A stretch of DNA of 64,000 bases, from the IMG/VR virus record IMGVR_UViG_3300031251_000007, positions 23,782 to 87,781 of that record; one strand, written 5' to 3'. Under the pieces are notes generated by a model that did no database searches, was not told where the DNA came from, and was given only the letters and a program-made list of their open reading frames with translations. A program made the translations under genes and the position numbers. Numbering within the stretch: position 1 is the first letter of the stretch; each line of letters starts with the position of its first letter. Below, in pieces: positions 7,354 through 16,387 of this stretch. Source of the DNA: a virus.

Positions 7354-9092
7354 GGACGTTCGGCACCGCAGAGCTGAAGGGCACAGAATGGGAGATCCGG
7401 TGCGAGCCGCACGTCGCCATTCGGCTGAAGCGCATGTTCGGGAAGGCGCAGCGCGCCGGCGGCAAGGTGCGGCTCAGTGACACGATCGAAACGGCGCGCG
7501 ACCTGCAATGGTTCTGCGAGCGCTTCCCGCTGGCGATCACGCCGCAGGAGCATCTGAACCGACGCGCCGCCGCGCACCGCGAGCGCGAGGCGACGGTCTC
7601 GGCGCTCCTGTCAGGTGATTACGTCGCCCGCCCTTTCGAGCTGGCGATCCCAGCCCGCGACTACCAGAAGCTCGCAGCGGAGATGACGCTGCAGGTCCGC
7701 GGCCTGCTGCTCGCCGACGACGTCGGCATTGGAAAGACCGCGTCGGCGATCTGCATGCTCACTGAGCCGGCGACCCGTCCGGCCCTCGTCGTCACGCTCA
7801 CCCATCTGCCGCGGCAGTGGCAGGACGAGCTGCGCCGCTTCGCCCCTACCCTGCGCGTGCACATCGTGAAGACGGGCAAGCCCTACGATCTGGTCGGCGC
7901 ACAGCGTGGGCTCTTTGGCGAGTTCCCCGACGTGATCGTGATCAACTACCACAAGCTTGCCGGCTGGGCCGACACGCTGGCGCCGCACATTCGCTCGATC
8001 GTCTTCGACGAGGTGCAGGAGTTGCGGCACCGCAAGACCGGCAACAAGCCCTCGCGGAAATACGAGGCGGCAAAGCATCTGGCGGAGAGCTGCACCTATC
8101 GACTCGGCCTCTCAGCCACACCGATTCACAACCTCGGCGGCGAGATGTGGTCGGTGCTCGATGTGCTGAACGAAGGCGCACTCGGCTCGTGGCCAGAGTT
8201 CTTGCGCGAATGGTGCGGCGACGGCGTCGACGACAAGGGGCGCGCGAAGATCAGCAATCCCAAAGCGTTCGGTTCCAGCCTGCGCGAGCAGGGCCTGATG
8301 CTCCGCCGCACGAGAGCGGACGTCGGCCGTGAGCTGCCCGACTTGACCAAGATCGAGCACTACGTCGACGCCGACACGCGCGCGATCGATGCCGGCGAGT
8401 CAGCCGCAATGGAGCTGGCGCGCATCATCCTCGATCAGAACCCGCTCGCAAAAGGTGACAAGTGGAAGGCGTCTCACGAGTTGAACAGCATGCTGCGCCA
8501 GGTGACCGGCCTCGCGAAGGCGCCGTACGTCGCGGACTTCGTTCGGCTCTTAGTCGAGAACGGCGAGCGGGTCGTGCTCTACGGCTGGCACCGCGAGGTC
8601 TACAAGATCTGGATGGAGCGGCTGCGCGACTTGCAGCCGGCGATGTACACCGGATCGGAATCGCCGACGCAGAAGCTCGAGGCCAAGCGGCGGTTCGTCG
8701 ACGGCGAGACGGACGTGCTGATCATGTCGCTACGTGCCGGCGCCGGGCTTGATGGCTTGCAGGGCTGCTGCCGCACCGTGGCGTTCGGCGAGCTCGACTG
8801 GTCGCCAGCCGTGCACGAGCAGGCGATCGGGCGCGTGCATCGCGACGGGCAAGGCGATCCGGTGGCAGCCTACTTCCTGATCGCCGACAGCAAGATCGAC
8901 AAGGTGATAGCCGACACGCTGCAGGTGAAGAAGATCCAGATTCACGGGATACGTGATCCGGATGCAGCGTTGGTGGAGAGGCTGCAGGTGTCGCCGGATA
9001 ACGTTAAACGGCTCGCGCGCTCGCTCTTAGAGCGCCGAGCTACGACATCGTCAGGGTCCGGATCCGTAGCTCTAGCGAACGATCGATGCTAG
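7350..9092 (+). CDS. SNF2-family SF2 helicase/ATPase
   Basis: LLADDVGIGKT, FDEVQ, LSATP, MLRRTR, AGAGLDGL and QAIGRVHR. Confidence 0.92.
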   Translation: MRTFGTAELKGTEWEIRCEPHVAIRLKRMFGKAQRAGGKVRLSDTIETARDLQWFCERFPLAITPQEHLNRRAAAHREREATVSALLSGDYVARPFELAIPARDYQKLAAEMTLQVRGLLLADDVGIGKTASAICMLTEPATRPALVVTLTHLPRQWQDELRRFAPTLRVHIVKTGKPYDLVGAQRGLFGEFPDVIVINYHKLAGWADTLAPHIRSIVFDEVQELRHRKTGNKPSRKYEAAKHLAESCTYRLGLSATPIHNLGGEMWSVLDVLNEGALGSWPEFLREWCGDGVDDKGRAKISNPKAFGSSLREQGLMLRRTRADVGRELPDLTKIEHYVDADTRAIDAGESAAMELARIILDQNPLAKGDKWKASHELNSMLRQVTGLAKAPYVADFVRLLVENGERVVLYGWHREVYKIWMERLRDLQPAMYTGSESPTQKLEAKRRFVDGETDVLIMSLRAGAGLDGLQGCCRTVAFGELDWSPAVHEQAIGRVHRDGQGDPVAAYFLIADSKIDKVIADTLQVKKIQIHGIRDPDAALVERLQVSPDNVKRLARSLLERRATTSSGSGSVALANDRC

Positions 9093-9101
9093 GATGGCCG
9101 A

Positions 9102-9533
9102 ATGAGTAAAACACTTGAGGACGGGATTGCCGCGTTGTTCGCCGATCTAGAAGCCGGTGACGAGCAGCGGCAGAAGGCCGCGCTTGAGGAAGAGAAGCTG
9201 CGCGAGGGCCGCGATCAGCTCTGCCGCACCGTGCTGTATCCGGTGCTACAGGCTGCCGCTCTCCTGGTCAGCAAGCGATTCCCGCAGGCGACCGTATCGT
9301 ACGACTATTCGGCTAGCCGCGACCCTCGGATGACCCTGACATTGGATGCCACGCGATCGCTCCAGTACACACCAGGGGTGAAGCCGCAGCGTCGGCTCAT
9401 TGTCTCAGGAACGGAACCGACGAACATGCTCGATGCAGTGATAGCACTGCCGGACGATGCGGTAGGATTCGAAAAGCAGGTCGTTGCGGATCTCCGAGAT
9501 CTTACAGAAGCGAAAAGAAAGGAACTGCCGTAG
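9102..9533 (+). CDS. Hypothetical protein
   Basis: 143-aa ORF following the helicase. Confidence 0.6.
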   Translation: MSKTLEDGIAALFADLEAGDEQRQKAALEEEKLREGRDQLCRTVLYPVLQAAALLVSKRFPQATVSYDYSASRDPRMTLTLDATRSLQYTPGVKPQRRLIVSGTEPTNMLDAVIALPDDAVGFEKQVVADLRDLTEAKRKELP

Positions 9534-9601
9534 ATTTCGCAGGTCACGGGGGGCCGTGCACTTGAACCAGAGACGGCAGCCCTAACCGCCTCAGGCATCG
9601 C

Positions 9602-9775
9602 TCAGGGCAAGCCCTTCTCCATCGGCAGCACGTCGCTCTGCTCAACCCACCGGTGATCACAGTGCGAGCACCGCCGGTGGTAGTGCCCGTCGCCGCCGTA
9701 CGCGTCCGCGCAGCGCCAGCAGAAGCCGACCGACGCCGGCGGTCCGCCTCCGCACTTCGGACAGCGGACGCGCAT
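9602..9775 (-). CDS. Small Zn-finger-like protein
   Basis: MRVRCPKCGG...CWRC...RCSHCDHRWVE. Start uncertain. Confidence 0.4.
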   Translation of the reverse strand: MRVRCPKCGGGPPASVGFCWRCADAYGGDGHYHRRCSHCDHRWVEQSDVLPMEKGLP

Positions 9776-9882
9776 GTTCGAGAATGGCGGGAGCTTGGAG
9801 ACATGGACGGAGCCGGGCATGGGCCGGCGCTCTAGCACATCTTGCTGGCGAGCGGTCTCGGCCGTCGCTACCGTAAGCCGGC

Positions 9883-10488
9883 GTGCCGCTCCCCCGCTTC
9901 ATTCCGATCGCGCCCCGCAAGATCGCCGGCCCAGTTGATCACCCCGGCATGAGCTGGGAGCTGAAGCACGATGGATTCAGGGCGCTCCTCTATCTCGACC
10001 GCGGCCGCGCGCAATTCGCTTCGCGCCGCGACATCGTGCTCGCGCGGTTCCAGCCGCTGGCCGACCGGTTGGCAGAACACCTCGGGGCGATCTCGCTCGT
10101 CTTGGACGGCGAGCTGTGCGTGCTCGACGACGCCGGCCGCTCGCACTTTCGGGACCTGCTGCGGCGCGACGCGGTGCCCGTCTTCTACTGCTTCGACATC
10201 CTAATGCACGGCGAGGACGACGTCCGCCGTGAACCGTTGACCGCGCGGCGTCGGCGTCTGGAAGATCTGCGCGGCCGCGCCCGCGAGTTAGTTATCGGCT
10301 CACACATTGTCGGTGACGGCATTGCCCTGTTCGGTGAAGTCTGCCGCGCCAACTGCGAGGGCATCGTCGGCAAGCCGCTCGAGTCGCCGTACGAGGCTGT
10401 TGGCGGCAAGAGTCCCTGGGTGAAGGTGTTGAATCCCGACTACACGCAAAAGCGCGGGCGGGCGGAGGCATTCAATCGGCGGCGGTGA
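9883..10488 (+). CDS. ATP-dependent DNA ligase, adenylation domain only (LigC/LigD-like)
   Basis: Motif I ELKHDGFR, III LDGEL, IIIa FDIL, IV EGIVGK and V WVKV. Ends before the OB domain. Confidence 0.85.
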   Translation: MPLPRFIPIAPRKIAGPVDHPGMSWELKHDGFRALLYLDRGRAQFASRRDIVLARFQPLADRLAEHLGAISLVLDGELCVLDDAGRSHFRDLLRRDAVPVFYCFDILMHGEDDVRREPLTARRRRLEDLRGRARELVIGSHIVGDGIALFGEVCRANCEGIVGKPLESPYEAVGGKSPWVKVLNPDYTQKRGRAEAFNRRR

Positions 10489-10670
10489 GTTCACGAACGC
10501 GGCTGGCGCGCCGCCGTCTACGCGCTACGCTGGCTCTGTGCCGAAGCGAGACGACCCAACCGACCGCGAGATTGCCGCCCTGCTCCGGGGTCCTCGCAAG
10601 CCATCGATCCGCAAGGAGCCGCGGCGGAATATGAAACGCGACGGCGACGGGCAGCGGTAGCGGCTCAGAT

Positions 10671-10706
10671 TATAGCGCTTGACTTATATAGCGCACGCGC
10701 TATACT
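10671..10706 (+). promoter_or_regulatory. Sigma70-type promoter with palindromic operator for the TA operon
   Basis: TTGACT(10679)-16 nt-TATACT(10701). Perfect inverted repeat TATAGCGC-ac-GCGCTATA (10687-10704) and an extra half-site at 10671. Confidence 0.8.
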
Positions 10707-10712
10707 GCTCGC

Positions 10713-11078
10713 ATGGTTGAGGTGATCGTCACCCGCGAGTTCAAGGCCTGGTATCGCGGCATCACCGACACGGTCATTGACCAAGCGATCGACCGCGCCA
10801 TCCTGTGGTTGGAGCGGTTCGGCGTCGCGCTCGGTCATCCTCAATCAAGCCAGGTGCTCGGCAGTCGCTATGCGATGCGTGAATTGCGCGTCAGCGCGAA
10901 GGGCCAGGCCATTCGCATTTTCTACATCTTCGATCCGCGCCGCCGCGCCGTGCTGCTGGTCGGCGCCATCAAGACCGGCGGCGCGCGCCGGTTCTACCGT
11001 GAGCACATCGCCCTGGCTGAGCAGAGCTACGAGACGTACTTGAAGGAGATCGATGATGGCGACGAAGAAGAAGACTAG
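10713..11078 (+). CDS. RelE/ParE-superfamily toxin (HigB/Gp49-like)
   Basis: FKAWY...LERFGVALGHP...MRELR...IRIFYIFDPRRRAVLLVG. Confidence 0.88.
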   Translation: MVEVIVTREFKAWYRGITDTVIDQAIDRAILWLERFGVALGHPQSSQVLGSRYAMRELRVSAKGQAIRIFYIFDPRRRAVLLVGAIKTGGARRFYREHIALAEQSYETYLKEIDDGDEEED

Positions 11079-11481
11079 CCAACCGTGGCGCGAGCTGCGC
11101 GCCGAGAAGTTCAGCGCGGCCGAGCGCGCGGCGATGGATGCTGCTTTCGAGCAGGAGCTGCTCGATATGGACCTGCGCCAGATCCGCGAGATGACCGGCG
11201 CCACGCAGGTCGGGCTCGCCAAGGCGGCGAAGATGACACAGCCGGAAGTGTCGCGCCTCGAGCGCAACACCGGGACGGCGCATCTCGCGACACTGCGGCG
11301 GGTAGTGAAAGCGCTCGGCGGGGAGCTGGAGATCGTCGCGAGCTTCGGCGACAAGCGCGTGCGACTGCGGGCTGCGGATGATCTGCTCGGGCATTCGGTC
11401 AAGTGGCGCAAGCGCGATGAGGCTGTCGGTATGTTGATTCCGCCGGCGGCGAAAGCGGTCGCCAAGCGCAAGCGAGCATAA
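11056..11481 (+). CDS. XRE-HTH antitoxin (HigA-like)
   Basis: LRQIREMTGATQVGLAKAAKMTQPEVSRLE...TLRRVVKALGGELEIVA. Downstream of the toxin. Confidence 0.88.
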   Translation: MATKKKTSQPWRELRAEKFSAAERAAMDAAFEQELLDMDLRQIREMTGATQVGLAKAAKMTQPEVSRLERNTGTAHLATLRRVVKALGGELEIVASFGDKRVRLRAADDLLGHSVKWRKRDEAVGMLIPPAAKAVAKRKRA

Positions 11482-11506
11482 AGTAACTGCGAAGCTGAGA
11501 AGCCCC

Positions 11507-12187
11507 ATGCGACCGACACCCCTTGATCACATGCGCGAATACGACCGCTCGATCCGAGAGTGTGCCGAGTGCGGCCTGACGTACGCACCGGGCAACCCCG
11601 ACGACCAACGTGAACATCGCAGGCGTCATCGACGCCTATCGCTTCGCTGGCGGTCGGCCCCGGGCGAGCAGATTGCTGGCGTCGACGGCGACCTTCGTGT
11701 GCTCGTCGTCAACTGCGCCTCGAAAGCGTGGCTGCGCCGGCGCGCAGATGGCATCGGGCGCCGCGCCAACTTGGAGATGCACTACGACTTCGGCGTCTAC
11801 GACGGTGACGCGGTCAATGAGTTCCGCGAACACGCGTTCATTGGCATTGCCGCCGATCAGGTCGCCAGCTTCGTCGTCGTCGACTGCCGGACATCCTTCA
11901 TGCGCGTGCCGTGGGAGCAGATCCACCGCAATCCTGTCGGCGATACCTGGCGCATGTACACGCACGGACGAGCGTTCGAGCGGCGTCGCGGATGGACGGT
12001 GAGCTTTGTCTGGACCCCCCAGGCAATCAGGCGGGCCGGCTTCGCGAGGCGAACGATTGCGATCGTCGCGAAGACCCTGCAGCTGCCTGTCGCCGACCTA
12101 GCATGGCACGATCCGTTTACGGACGCGGGACGAGATTTCGTGCGCTCGCTGTCACCCGAGACGGTGCTGATCGGGTGGTCGGACTGA
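11507..12187 (+). CDS. Eco1/ESCO-like zinc finger plus GNAT acetyltransferase
   Basis: CAECGLTY.PGNPDDQREHRRRH, followed by VSFVWT...RRAGFA...LAW..PFTDAGRDF. Confidence 0.7.
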   Translation: MRPTPLDHMREYDRSIRECAECGLTYAPGNPDDQREHRRRHRRLSLRWRSAPGEQIAGVDGDLRVLVVNCASKAWLRRRADGIGRRANLEMHYDFGVYDGDAVNEFREHAFIGIAADQVASFVVVDCRTSFMRVPWEQIHRNPVGDTWRMYTHGRAFERRRGWTVSFVWTPQAIRRAGFARRTIAIVAKTLQLPVADLAWHDPFTDAGRDFVRSLSPETVLIGWSD

Positions 12188-12222
12188 CGCGCGGCGAGCC
12201 GTAACCCGCCGCGCCAGCGCTT

Positions 12223-12489
12223 CTAGTTGACCGGCACCAACCCCGCGTTGATGCCGTCGATGCACGCCTCGGTCGCACCAGCTACCGTCGACAGATATTG
12301 CGCCGTTGTCTTCGCGGCGTCCGGCTGATCCTTCGCGAACTGCTCGCACTGCTTCTGCGAGGCGACGTCGATCTGCCCCTGCACCGCCGGGTTCTGCTGT
12401 GCGTTGCCGACGTCGGTGAACACCTTGCCTACCGTCGAGCATCCCGCCAGCGCGATGAGCGCCAGCCCTGCGATGATCCGTGTTCCCAT
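12223..12489 (-). CDS. Lipoprotein (lysis region, possible o-spanin)
   Basis: MGTRIIAGLALIALAG-C lipobox. SD GGAGG. Last gene of the late operon. Confidence 0.65.
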   Translation of the reverse strand: MGTRIIAGLALIALAGCSTVGKVFTDVGNAQQNPAVQGQIDVASQKQCEQFAKDQPDAAKTTAQYLSTVAGATEACIDGINAGLVPVN

Positions 12490-12524
12490 CTTCCACCTCC
12501 GTTGTGGGCCTTGCGGCCGTTGAT

Positions 12525-12899
12525 TCACTTCGTCGGGTCCTTTGGCGGAAACGGCCCGGTCCATCCGGCGCCGATGAGCGCCACCGTCGCGAGCGCGTTG
12601 ACGCTCGTCGGCAAGTCGGCCGACCAGTCGACCTCGGAATTCAGGACCAAGATGCGCACCGCTTCGACCACCTCGTCGCAGACCCACTGCGGGTTCGCCG
12701 TCGGGTTCTGCGCGATCACGCCGGCAGCGACCTGCAGCGCGAGTGGAGCGCCCTGCGGCTTGAGCGTCGATGACTTGATCGCCGCGACGAGCTGCCCGAA
12801 GCCCCACGTCAGGAGATCGGCGGCGTCTTGCTCGAGATCCGGCGACGCCTTGGCGAGCACATCGAGCGCGAACGTACCGAGTAGTGCCGCTGCTCCCAT
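12525..12899 (-). CDS. Hypothetical protein, lysis region
   Basis: SD GGAGG. In the operon after the endolysin. Confidence 0.6.
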   Translation of the reverse strand: MGAAALLGTFALDVLAKASPDLEQDAADLLTWGFGQLVAAIKSSTLKPQGAPLALQVAAGVIAQNPTANPQWVCDEVVEAVRILVLNSEVDWSADLPTSVNALATVALIGAGWTGPFPPKDPTK

Positions 12900-13124
12900 C
12901 TATCCTCCGCTCCGAATCTTCTGCGCGACGACCGTGGCGCCGCAGCTCTCACAGCGCTCGGCGAGCTGGCCGGCGCTCTCGCGAACGTGACCACAGGCGC
13001 ACTCGAAGCGCCGCCGAAACGAGCGCCGCGCGATCAGGCCCTGCGCCGCCTGACAGAGTTCCGCTGTCTCGTCGGCGGTCAGCTGGGTTGCGAGCTCCAG
13101 CAGCTCGTTCAGGCGCGCGCTCAT
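12900..13124 (-). CDS. Small Zn-ribbon protein
   Basis: MSARLNELL...ECACG...CESCG. ATGA overlap with the endolysin. Confidence 0.55.
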   Translation of the reverse strand: MSARLNELLELATQLTADETAELCQAAQGLIARRSFRRRFECACGHVRESAGQLAERCESCGATVVAQKIRSGG

Positions 13125-13699
13125 ACCGTAACCTCCACCACGCCCTGCTCCACCAACCGCCTGAGCATCGTCGCCGCGCCGCACTGCTTCGACACTGCCG
13201 TAGCCGACCACTGGTGATCAGCCACGAACTTCCCCGCCGTGTAGTGATTCGAGAAGCTCCACAGATACGGCGTCAGCACCTCCGGGTGCTGCGTGCGGTA
13301 TCCGAAGCCGTTCCAGCCTTCGATTTCGTAGAGCAGCCCCGCGGCGCTCCAGTCGTTCCACGCCGGCAGGTTCCGGATGCGCAGCGCGTCGGCGGCGGAC
13401 TCTTCCCAGGTAAACGGTGGATCGCCCGGCGGTCGGCTGGTCGGGTAGTGCACCGTTCTGGCCGTCAGCGGATCGCCGTTGTGCAGGTGGCAGTCGAAGC
13501 GCCCGCTTGATTCCATCTGGTGGATGACGGCGACGACGACCCAAGGCACCTCTATCGAGGCTTCGACGGCTTCATAGCGACCCTGGTGGGCGAGGATGCG
13601 CGTGGCGACCTGGTCGACTTCGGCGGCGTGCGCAGGACGGATTTCGCAGGTGCGCCAGAGGTCTTGGTACTCGGCGCGGAGGTTGGCGGTGAGGATCAT
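13121..13699 (-). CDS. Endolysin, lysozyme-like (COG5526-type)
   Basis: IHQMESS..F..HLHNGDPL, EGWNGFGY, PYLWS.SNHY..GKFVAD and QCGAA. Confidence 0.88.
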   Translation of the reverse strand: MILTANLRAEYQDLWRTCEIRPAHAAEVDQVATRILAHQGRYEAVEASIEVPWVVVAVIHQMESSGRFDCHLHNGDPLTARTVHYPTSRPPGDPPFTWEESAADALRIRNLPAWNDWSAAGLLYEIEGWNGFGYRTQHPEVLTPYLWSFSNHYTAGKFVADHQWSATAVSKQCGAATMLRRLVEQGVVEVTV

Positions 13700-14031
13700 C
13701 GGCCGCGCCCCTTCAGCGCGTCGTCGATCCGCTCGAGGTGGCGCTCGTGGTCCCTGAGTTTGTCGGTGTGGCCGTCGACGCGCTCAGTGATCGTCGCCAT
13801 ATGCTCGCGCATGAGGCCCCAGTTCACGACAAACGCCCCGACGCCCGCGACAAGGCCGGTAAGCGCGCAGCCGACTACCAGCTGCGCCCACGACGTTCCT
13901 CCGCCGCCCTCGCGCGACAGGGCCAGCGCGCGTGCGTCGGCCAGCGCCTGCGCGGCCTGCTGCAGAGTCGCCGCGGCCGCCTCTTGCCGCGCAACCAGGC
14001 GCTCGTACTTGTCTGCGTCATCCGCCGCCAT
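13696..14031 (-). CDS. Single-TM coiled-coil protein (holin/antiholin-like)
   Basis: One TM segment (LVVGCALTGLVAGVGAFVV). ATGA overlap with the endolysin. Confidence 0.55.
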   Translation of the reverse strand: MAADDADKYERLVARQEAAAATLQQAAQALADARALALSREGGGGTSWAQLVVGCALTGLVAGVGAFVVNWGLMREHMATITERVDGHTDKLRDHERHLERIDDALKGRGR

Positions 14032-14494
14032 CCCCACCCCCGGCGCGGCGCTCGCGGCGGCGCACCTCTTTTTGTAGCTGGCGCGTCGCCGCCTGCGATG
14101 CGGCGATCGCTTTGCCGAACGTGTCGAAGGCCGCGTCGACCGATGGGTGTTCCGGCAGTTTCCAGGTCACGCCGCCGGCGCGCTTCTCGCGCAGCGATTG
14201 CACGATGGTGATCCAGCCCAGCGCGGCGGTGAGGATGGAGATCGCGCCGCCGACCGCCGAGGAGACCGGTCGCGAGGTCACGGCTCCGACCAGGAAGGGG
14301 ATGCTCAGACACGAGAGAAAGGCGCCGTACCAGATGTAGAGCCGCAGCGTGCCGTCGCCGGCCGCGATACGCATCCGGCTGCCGTGCCGGCGATAGTCGT
14401 CCATCATCCCGACGCCGAGCACCAGGCACGCAACGAACGTGGCCAGGTTGGCCGGGCCTTGCAGCGAACGAAGGATCGCAAAAGAGGCGTCCAT
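14018..14494 (-). CDS. Three-TM membrane protein (holin candidate)
   Basis: Three hydrophobic segments and a basic C-terminus, upstream of the endolysin. Confidence 0.55.
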   Translation of the reverse strand: MDASFAILRSLQGPANLATFVACLVLGVGMMDDYRRHGSRMRIAAGDGTLRLYIWYGAFLSCLSIPFLVGAVTSRPVSSAVGGAISILTAALGWITIVQSLREKRAGGVTWKLPEHPSVDAAFDTFGKAIAASQAATRQLQKEVRRRERRAGGGDGGG

Positions 14495-14504
14495 CGTTTC
14501 GCCC

Positions 14505-14894
14505 TCAGCCCGCGGCAGCCGCCGGCGCTTTCTGTGCAAGCTCGACGATCTGTTGCGGCGTGAGCTGCGCGAGCGCGTTCACATGGTCGGGCGTTAGGTT
14601 ACCGAACGCTGGTGCGAGATCTTTCAAGGACTGCGGCGTGACGTCGCCGCCCTTCACCAGCACCGTGAGCAGCAGCATGATGCCGCTGCCGACATAGCCC
14701 GTTGAGCCGAGCCACTGCGTGATCGGCGCGAAGGGCCCAAAGCCGGACAGAATGCCGAGCGCCGCGACCAGCAGCATGCCGCGGATCTTGCCGGCGTTCG
14801 CGGCGATGTACGCCTTCAACCTGCCCGACGGTCCGTTGACCGCGGCGCGAAACGTTGCCTCATCGGTCAGGAGCTTCCACAGCCAACCCAGCAT
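14505..14894 (-). CDS. Two-TM membrane protein (holin candidate)
   Basis: SD GGAGG and two hydrophobic segments. Confidence 0.55.
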   Translation of the reverse strand: MLGWLWKLLTDEATFRAAVNGPSGRLKAYIAANAGKIRGMLLVAALGILSGFGPFAPITQWLGSTGYVGSGIMLLLTVLVKGGDVTPQSLKDLAPAFGNLTPDHVNALAQLTPQQIVELAQKAPAAAAG

Positions 14895-15026
14895 CTCCGC
14901 CTCCGTCCGATGACGACGGTGCGGGCGCTGGTCTGTACCAACCTGCTGCTTCTCCCACCGTCGAACGCCATCGCTCCTCAGCCCGCGGGAGTGCCGCGGG
15001 AAGTCAGGTGGGGGCCCTAATCGCTC

Positions 15027-15809
15027 CTATGCCACAACGGCCGCGCGTTGCGAAGAGGTGTTGGAATAGGTCCGGCCGGCATTGACCGTGCCCGCCACTG
15101 ACAGCCGGCCGGCCAGCGCAAACTCCTTCACCGTGCCCCCGTCGGCGGTCAGCGTCGCGCCGCCGAGCGTGCCGATCTGAGCGCCGCTGGCCACCTGCAG
15201 GCCGAACGGTCCGTCACAGTGAAGTACGATGCCACCGCCCGCGCCGTTGCCGGCCGAGGCCTCGCCTTCCGGCGCGCCGTGCGCGAAGACAGCCGCTGTC
15301 GCCGCGATGTGCAGCGCTGCCCTGGCGAAGAGACGGATCAGTCCGCCGCCGGCGCCGCCCGGCTGTGTGGTGCCCCCGCCGCCGCCGGATCCCTTCACGG
15401 CTGAGGTATCGGTGGTGCTGTCGCCCTGCCCTGCGCCGGCCAGATAGCCGCCGTCAACGCCGGCCGCGCCGCCGAATGGCCCCTCACCCGCAGCCGTCGC
15501 GGCGCCGCCGCGGTAGCCGAACGTCGATGAGACGAGCGCGCCCTCGAGGTCGATCGAGTGCGCATGCACTTCGAGCTCACCGAAGCTCGAGCCGTCGTAG
15601 GCCGCGACGTTGACCAGCACACCCGGAGCGATCCAAAGCCGGCCGACGTTGCGGTGCACGCCCGCGATGACCGTGTCGGCATCGACCAGCCAGTCGTCGC
15701 CGCCGTGGTTGCCGCCGGCGGTTTCGGTCCAGCCGACGGGATCGCCGGTGGTCGCATCGGCGGTGATGCCGTATTTGGCCGCCGAGTATTTGAAAGACCC
15801 GTATTTCAT
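15027..15809 (-). CDS. Gly-rich virion-associated-like protein
   Basis: MKYGSFKYSAAKYG start, with GGAGGG.I.L repeats. Confidence 0.65.
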   Translation of the reverse strand: MKYGSFKYSAAKYGITADATTGDPVGWTETAGGNHGGDDWLVDADTVIAGVHRNVGRLWIAPGVLVNVAAYDGSSFGELEVHAHSIDLEGALVSSTFGYRGGAATAAGEGPFGGAAGVDGGYLAGAGQGDSTTDTSAVKGSGGGGGTTQPGGAGGGLIRLFARAALHIAATAAVFAHGAPEGEASAGNGAGGGIVLHCDGPFGLQVASGAQIGTLGGATLTADGGTVKEFALAGRLSVAGTVNAGRTYSNTSSQRAAVVA

Positions 15810-15810
15810 C

Positions 15811-16377
15811 CTACGGCAGCGGCACAAACCGCAGGTTCTGGACCGGCACGTCCACGTGAAACGTGTATTGCTGTCCCGTGCCGGGCTGACAGACGCCGGT
15901 CAGCACGTGCGGCTGCGTCACCTCGTCGCTGCTGCGGCTGCAGGTTCCCGGCGCGCATTCGGCGTTGCTAGTGCACGGCTGATCCTTCTTCGGCGGCGGC
16001 GCGACGCACTTTCCAACATAGCCGCCCGTCGCCGGCGGCAGGCGGACGGTGGCGCAGCCGGCCTGCAGCGCACAGAGCCCGGAAGTCCCGGGCGGGCAAC
16101 CGGCGTCGTCGATGCAATAGTCGCCGGTGTTGGTCCCGCCGGTGCACTTCCGCGGGCATGGCTTGCTGCCCGGCGATGCTTCGGTCGTCTTGGCGAGCAG
16201 CACCTTGCCGCTGTTCACGTCGTTCACCTGATAGTCGAACGTCGGACACAGAGCGGGCTGGTGCGCCGAGTCGGTGAAGCTGAGATCGACGTCGCAGTAG
16301 CTGTCTTCGCGGCAGGCATCGTCGGCGCGCGCCGCGATCGGCAGCGCCAGGCAGAGGCTCAGAATCAGTCGGCGCAT
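15811..16377 (-). CDS. Secreted Cys-rich protein
   Basis: Signal peptide MRRLILSLCLALPIAARA and two Cys-rich modules. Confidence 0.75.
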   Translation of the reverse strand: MRRLILSLCLALPIAARADDACREDSYCDVDLSFTDSAHQPALCPTFDYQVNDVNSGKVLLAKTTEASPGSKPCPRKCTGGTNTGDYCIDDAGCPPGTSGLCALQAGCATVRLPPATGGYVGKCVAPPPKKDQPCTSNAECAPGTCSRSSDEVTQPHVLTGVCQPGTGQQYTFHVDVPVQNLRFVPLP

Positions 16378-16387
16378 CGGTCCCTCC

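Noticed and set aside
11709-11726. Self-target of spacer TCAACTGCG
   Set aside because: A 9-nt match is plausible by chance in 64 kb, and the adjacent sequence does not match the partner spacer.
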